IMG/VR virus record: IMGVR_UViG_3300010885_058378
Coordinates: 62,001-126,000 of that record
Length of the DNA: 64,000 nucleotides
Reading direction: 5' to 3' (one strand)
Origin: an uncultured virus (IMG/VR IMGVR_UViG_3300010885_058378)
Taxonomy: Duplodnaviria > Heunggongvirae > Uroviricota > Caudoviricetes
Shown here: piece after piece, positions 52,201 to 58,200 of the stretch
Layout of the letters: every line of letters begins with the position of its first letter
Numbering within the stretch: position 1 is the first letter of the stretch
Notes under the pieces: model-generated
Databases searched by the model: none
What the model was told of the DNA's origin: nothing
Seen by the model: the letters and a program-made list of their open reading frames with translations, nothing else
Program-made: the position numbers and the translations under genes

Positions 52201-55200
52201 CCAAGAACTTTACCCTTTTTTGATTCTTTTAATCCTGCTTCTAAAAATTGTCGTTTTACTACTGCTGTTTTAGCTTGATCTCTAACATTCTTTAATGCTT
52301 TTTCTGCTGCTATTATAGTGTCTATTGATGCTCCAGTAATCTTGAGTCTTTCAACATCCTTAGTCATTGCCTTTTCAATATCTTTATAAGATATGTCAGC
52401 TCCTGCCCCAACTTGCTCAAGAACTTTCTTAAAGCTTATCATACTATAACCAGCTTCTTCAAACCCTTTTGTTAATAGTTTAATATTATTAACTAGTTCT
52501 GATGAAGCTTCTATACTTTTACTATCAATAGTTTCTGGTCTGGTTTTTAATTTTTGAACTGCTGGTTCAGCAAAACCTTTTAATGCTTTCATTATTTCTT
52601 CGATACTAAAAACACTACCTCCAGTAGCAAATCTTTGAATTACTCCTCCACCAACTACTCCTCCCTTATTATAACCCTGTAATTTATCCGCTTTATTTAA
52701 TGTCTCTAACTTGCCATATCCTATTTTTTCTGCTGCTTTCTTATTAACAACAAATTCACCAGGAGTTAATAATGCAGGAACAGTGTCCTTTGATGATATT
52801 CCTGCTTGTCCTCCTTGAGCAAAGGTCTCGATATTGGTTGGCTTCAAGGGAGATGATCCAACATATTTTAATGCTAATCCTAGTGGTTTTTCAAAAAGTT
52901 TGGATTCAAATGAATTTATTAATTCGGGATCTCCAGATTGTATTCTGGACATAAGTTGACCCAATAAAGCCCCTTCTCTTACATCTCCTTCACTTCCGGC
53001 ATAAATAGATTTTCTTGATCCTCCAGGCAAGGTAAACTCTGTTCCATCTTCGGATTTTAATGTTTGAGATCCTTCTTGAACACGTACTCCAACCGACATC
53101 ATCCCAGCATCTGGATTTTTATCGAACTTACCTTTTAATCCTGTTTGATTTTCAGTAGGAGCATATTTATCTTTAAGAGTATCGTAATTATCATGCATCC
53201 ATTGTACCACTAGTCCTTTTTGTAATTCATAATCTAAATCATAAGTTTTTGGATCTAAAGTTTCATCAAAACTTAATACCATTGGCTTTCCTGATCTATC
53301 TCCTTGAGCAACAGTGAAGTTGCTTCCTCCATTAACTCTCATCTTAGCTTGTTGTTCTGCTTTATTCTTTTCTGTATATAAGTAGAATCCTTCTCCTTGA
53401 CCATATCCTTTAGCAATATTAGAAAGAGCGCCCTTTTCTTTAAAGCTTTTTAGAACGCTATCATCAACTCCAGTATTGCTTCCGTGATATAGTTTAACTT
53501 TTCCTCCAGTAGCATATCCTCTATTTTTTCTCCACATTTTTTCATCATTAGTTTTGGTCTCAAACTCTTTTGGCTTGCGACCTTGTTTTTCCATAGCCTC
53601 TTGTATTCTTTTTTGTTTATTAGCCTGGGCAAGTTCATATCTTTCTTGTTCTGGTGATGTTTTTTTAGATGGTATTAGTCCAAATCTTTTGTTTATCTCC
53701 CAGTCTGGAATAGCATAGTCTTTATATCTATTATCTAATCGTTCTTCTAATTTTGCTGTGAGTTCTTCTTGGCTCATGCCCAAAGTCTTTGCTCGTGCGG
53801 CAATATCGGGTGGAGAATATGATCCTCTTACCCAGCCACCGTCAGAAAGCATTTGTATGTCTTCTTTGACGGGTTCTGGAATTCCATATTGTTGTCTAAA
53901 ATGTTTTTGGAATTCTTCAACAGCCTTGCCTCTACTATTACTATCTATTGTTCTTTTAACTTCTGTTGGAATATCAGGATCGATACCAAATATTTTTGCT
54001 GCTTTAGGTCCGATTCCCATTGGGAAGTCAATCGGACGAGTTCTTAAAGCATCATCTAATATTGTAGCGTCTGCTGATCCAAAAATTTGTTCTAGTAAAG
54101 CTCCTTCAATATTACCTTGACCTAATGTTTCTCTTTGTTTTTTACTTAATTTCTTTGGTTCTATGCCAAGAAGTTTTGAAGCTCCTCCTACAATTTCTTC
54201 TGTTTGACCACTAAGATAATCAATTACATTTTGATATTGATTTGGTAATCCTCTCTGAACTATTGAAGCATCTATTGATCTTTCTTGTCCAGACGAATCA
54301 ACTCCAAGATTCCAAGTTTCTGGCCCTAGTAATCCAGTATATCCCAATGGATTTAAGCCTACTAATCCTAATTGTTTGGATGATAATACAGCATTAGTTG
54401 TTTCTGCTAAAGTTGTAGCCTTTTGAGTTCCTTGTGATTGTTTAAATTTATCTATTAAGTAATCTCTTGTTGCAATATAGTAGGCCAGTTTATCTGCTTT
54501 TGTTTCTGGTCTAAATGCAGAATTCCAGTATTTTAATTTTCCTCCTTCAGCGGTATCTCTTACTGTTTTTCCTGAGAATGGACCAAAACTTGCGTCATTT
54601 GGTAATCTGTCTGTTCCAAATCTTTTTAATATCTCTGTTCCTTGTGCTGGTAATATCCCAGAAGACTTCTTGACCTGAGTGGCCTTTTCTACATTTTTTA
54701 GTATAGCCTCTTCTAGTCCAGAAGGCATTGCTGTTGGAACTCCGCCAAATTCACCGGACATCTGTTCTGATAGTTGTGCTGCTATGGCTTCTTTTGTTAT
54801 GTCTGATGGTTGTGTCGATACGGCGGATTTTCTTGATGGGTCTAGTCCATAAATTTCTGGATATTTTGCAGATAGGGCGCTTATTATATTAAATGCTCTA
54901 TAGCCAAATGCTCCTTTAGATACTCGGTCTCTTTTGTCCCTTATCTGCTTAACTTGATCAGCTATTTCTGGATAATTTTTCTTTAAATCAGCACTAACAT
55001 TACCATAAGGACCACCAGGAGCATTTGATAATATTTGTGAAACCTCATCATTGGATCGTATTTTTTCTTGATCAACAAATTTTTGTATTTCTTCTATTAG
55101 CATAGGAACCATAGTGCTACGATTACGCAATTGTGATCTATTGCCCATTAATATTGATGCTATATCAGGATTCATTAAATTAGCCAGCGATTTATCATCA

Positions 55201-58200
55201 CCATGAAATAATGCGTCTCTAACTGCAGTAGCACTAATGTCTTCTATTCTAGGAATATCTTTAACATCTATTCCTGCTCTTTGGTATTTACCTAACACTT
55301 TATCGTCTTTACCAGAGGTTATTGCCATAGCTCCTTTTAATCTAGCAAATTTTCTTCTATCTCCATCGCCAATAACTTCCATAAATTTTGGTAAACTACC
55401 GGCAGGCTGACCTTGGGTGCTAATCATAGCATTTCCAAAATTCATTTTGCTGAATAAGGTCCTTATATCTGCTGGAAAAATACCATATCGCGCAGCATGA
55501 TCTATGCCTTCTTTACCAACAATCATTGGAAGATCAGGAGCAACACTAACAAGAATATCTTCTAAAGAAGAGCTTGGGTTCTTTGCTAACATATTTTCTA
55601 ATAAAGTATCTAACGCTCCTCTATGACCTCTTGTTGGTGGGGCAAAACCGCCCATATAAAATCCACCAGCCTGAACTATTTCTGGTAATTCATTCTCTTT
55701 TTTACGCCGTAAGCCAAAACCATCTGATTTTCTTCCTAATACTGTTGCCTTTTTTCCAAGCTCATCTCGTAATATTGTTTCTTCCAAACCAAAATCAGTA
55801 TCAGCTCCTCTTGTGGTTCCTGGTTTACGACCATATAGCCCTTGTCCAGTAGCGTCTCTTTGTTCTCTATTTGCTCGTAATTTTTCTTGTTCTGATTGAG
55901 TATTAGAACTTAATATATATGCTCTATCAACATCTCTTAAATAAGCATCAAGTTTGGATTCACTAGCAGTTGATGTTATAGCAATAACTTCATTAACTTT
56001 ATCAATATCTTCAGGAGTTAATATTTGGGAGCGAATTGTTTTTCTTAAAGAAGCATCATCATTGGCGCTAAATCCTGTAGCCAAACTACTTTTTCCACTA
56101 CCAGCAGCACCAGCGATTGCTGTTAGTCTTGACAAAGAACCAGTTTTTCTTGCTTTAGCAGATAGTTCTCCTAGTTTTGTTGTATAGTCACTAACATCGG
56201 TTATTCCTAGTTTTTCCATTGCTTTATCAACAATACTAGCATTTGCTGGATCTCTAAGAACATCAGTATCAATAATTCCAATTTTTCTTTCTACTTTTCC
56301 ACCAGCAGCATAAGTTTGTCTCTGAATACCAGCACTACCCAATAGATCAGTTAGTGTAGAATCTAAAGCTCCTTGAAGATTACTATCAAGTCTAGGATAG
56401 TTCTGAACTAGTGTTGTTAAAAATTCTTCTTTCCCACTATCTTCTATTCTATCAATATAAGATTGAGAAATACTATTATCTAATAATGCCTGATTAACTT
56501 CTGGATTTAATGGTTTAAAATCTTTAGCCTTTTTAATACCAAGAGATTTTGCCCAAAGAGAGGATGCGGCGGTGGCTGCTTCGGGAGTTTTAGCAGGCTT
56601 GTCTCCCCTGCTAATAGATCGATTTTGTTGTATAATTTGATCTAATGTTCCAACTTTGTATGAACGTCCATATACAACATCCGAACTGTTATAGCTAGAC
56701 TCTAAAGAATCAAATGCATCCGCTAAATCATTATTGTCTCCACCAAATAAAGAAACAACTCTTGATTTATATTTATCAAAACTCTCTGATGATCGTGTTC
56801 GTAATCCTTGAAATAATTGGTGGGTCATTTCGTGATAAAAAGTATCATTTTTTCTACCAGAAAGTCTTCCGGTGCTCATGGTGATCGCGCCACGGCCAGT
56901 AGCTTTAGCTGTGGTTTGCATCTGATCCATGGCAGTTAATTCTGCTTGGTTTTTTAATTTTTTAGTATTAGATATCTTCATTTGAAGATCATTAATCTCA
57001 TCCCAAGTTTGTTTAGCTAATGCTTCATCATATGAAAAAGATCCGTCATCAAAAGTTTTTACTTGTGTTTTTATTATTTTCTTCAATTCTTTTTGTTTTT
57101 CTGCTACTAATTTTTCATATCCATAAAGATCCTGGTCATTGGCCTCTGTATATCCAGAACTAGATAGGTCATAGCCAGATGTTCTTTTGGTGCCGGTGCC
57201 AGTTCTATCGAATTGGCCAAGACCTCTTAATCCTAAATCAGTAAAATCAATATGATTTGGTAGAGCTAATGATAAATCTTCTCTAGGCAGTCCTATGAAT
57301 TTAGCAAAGTCGCTCATTCTTCTATAAATAGCGCTATTAGCTAATTTACTCTTGAAAGAATCTGCAAACTGCTTTCTATCGAATGGCATTGAGTCAAAAG
57401 CTTCGGTTGCTTTTGCTTGATCCACTTTGAATCTAAAGTCTTCTGGATATTCCAAGAAGGATCCTCCACTAAAAGCTTTATCAACTTGTTCTTTATTTAG
57501 CTTGGCGTCTATTTCTTTGAAATAGGCATTACTAATTCTTTTGGGAAATGGAAAAGTTCCACTTCCAAATGATCGGGTTTCTTTTGCTTTTCCTCCGACC
57601 ATGAACCTGGCCAATCCTTTGGTTTCTTTCATCTTCTTTACAAAACCATTGTCATCCAGTGTAGGTATTTTTCTTGTTCGTCGTTGTATTTTGTTATTAA
57701 TAATTCTATCTGGATCACCTTCTGGAAGATAATTAAACATATAATCATCTCTAATGACTCTATCCCAAGATGATGTTTTCACATTCCCAAATCCTTCATT
57801 ATTTTGCATTATTTTTAATCTGTTAGCTAATTTATCAGATTGTATAATATCTTGTCCTGGTCCAGTTCCGTGCTCCTTGGCTACTGCTGCTTTAATTAGT
57901 GTATCATTTAATGATTGTAATTTAAGAAGGGGTCTTCCATAAACATCAACCTGATTTGTATCTTTAAATGCTTGCGATACATTTTCTGCTCCTAAATCTG
58001 TAATAAAGTCAATAGTTATTTGCTTAGCAGCTCTTGCCTTCTCTCTATTGCTAGCAGAGGCTGGTCCACCAGAAGCCCCATAAACTTCTCTTTCTTGTTT
58101 AGATAATCTCATTTCAAATGCATCAACACCATCTAGCCTTGAAGATGTTTTGAATCTACCTTGCTCTTTAGGGTATAATAGAGTTTTATTATCAGGTTTT

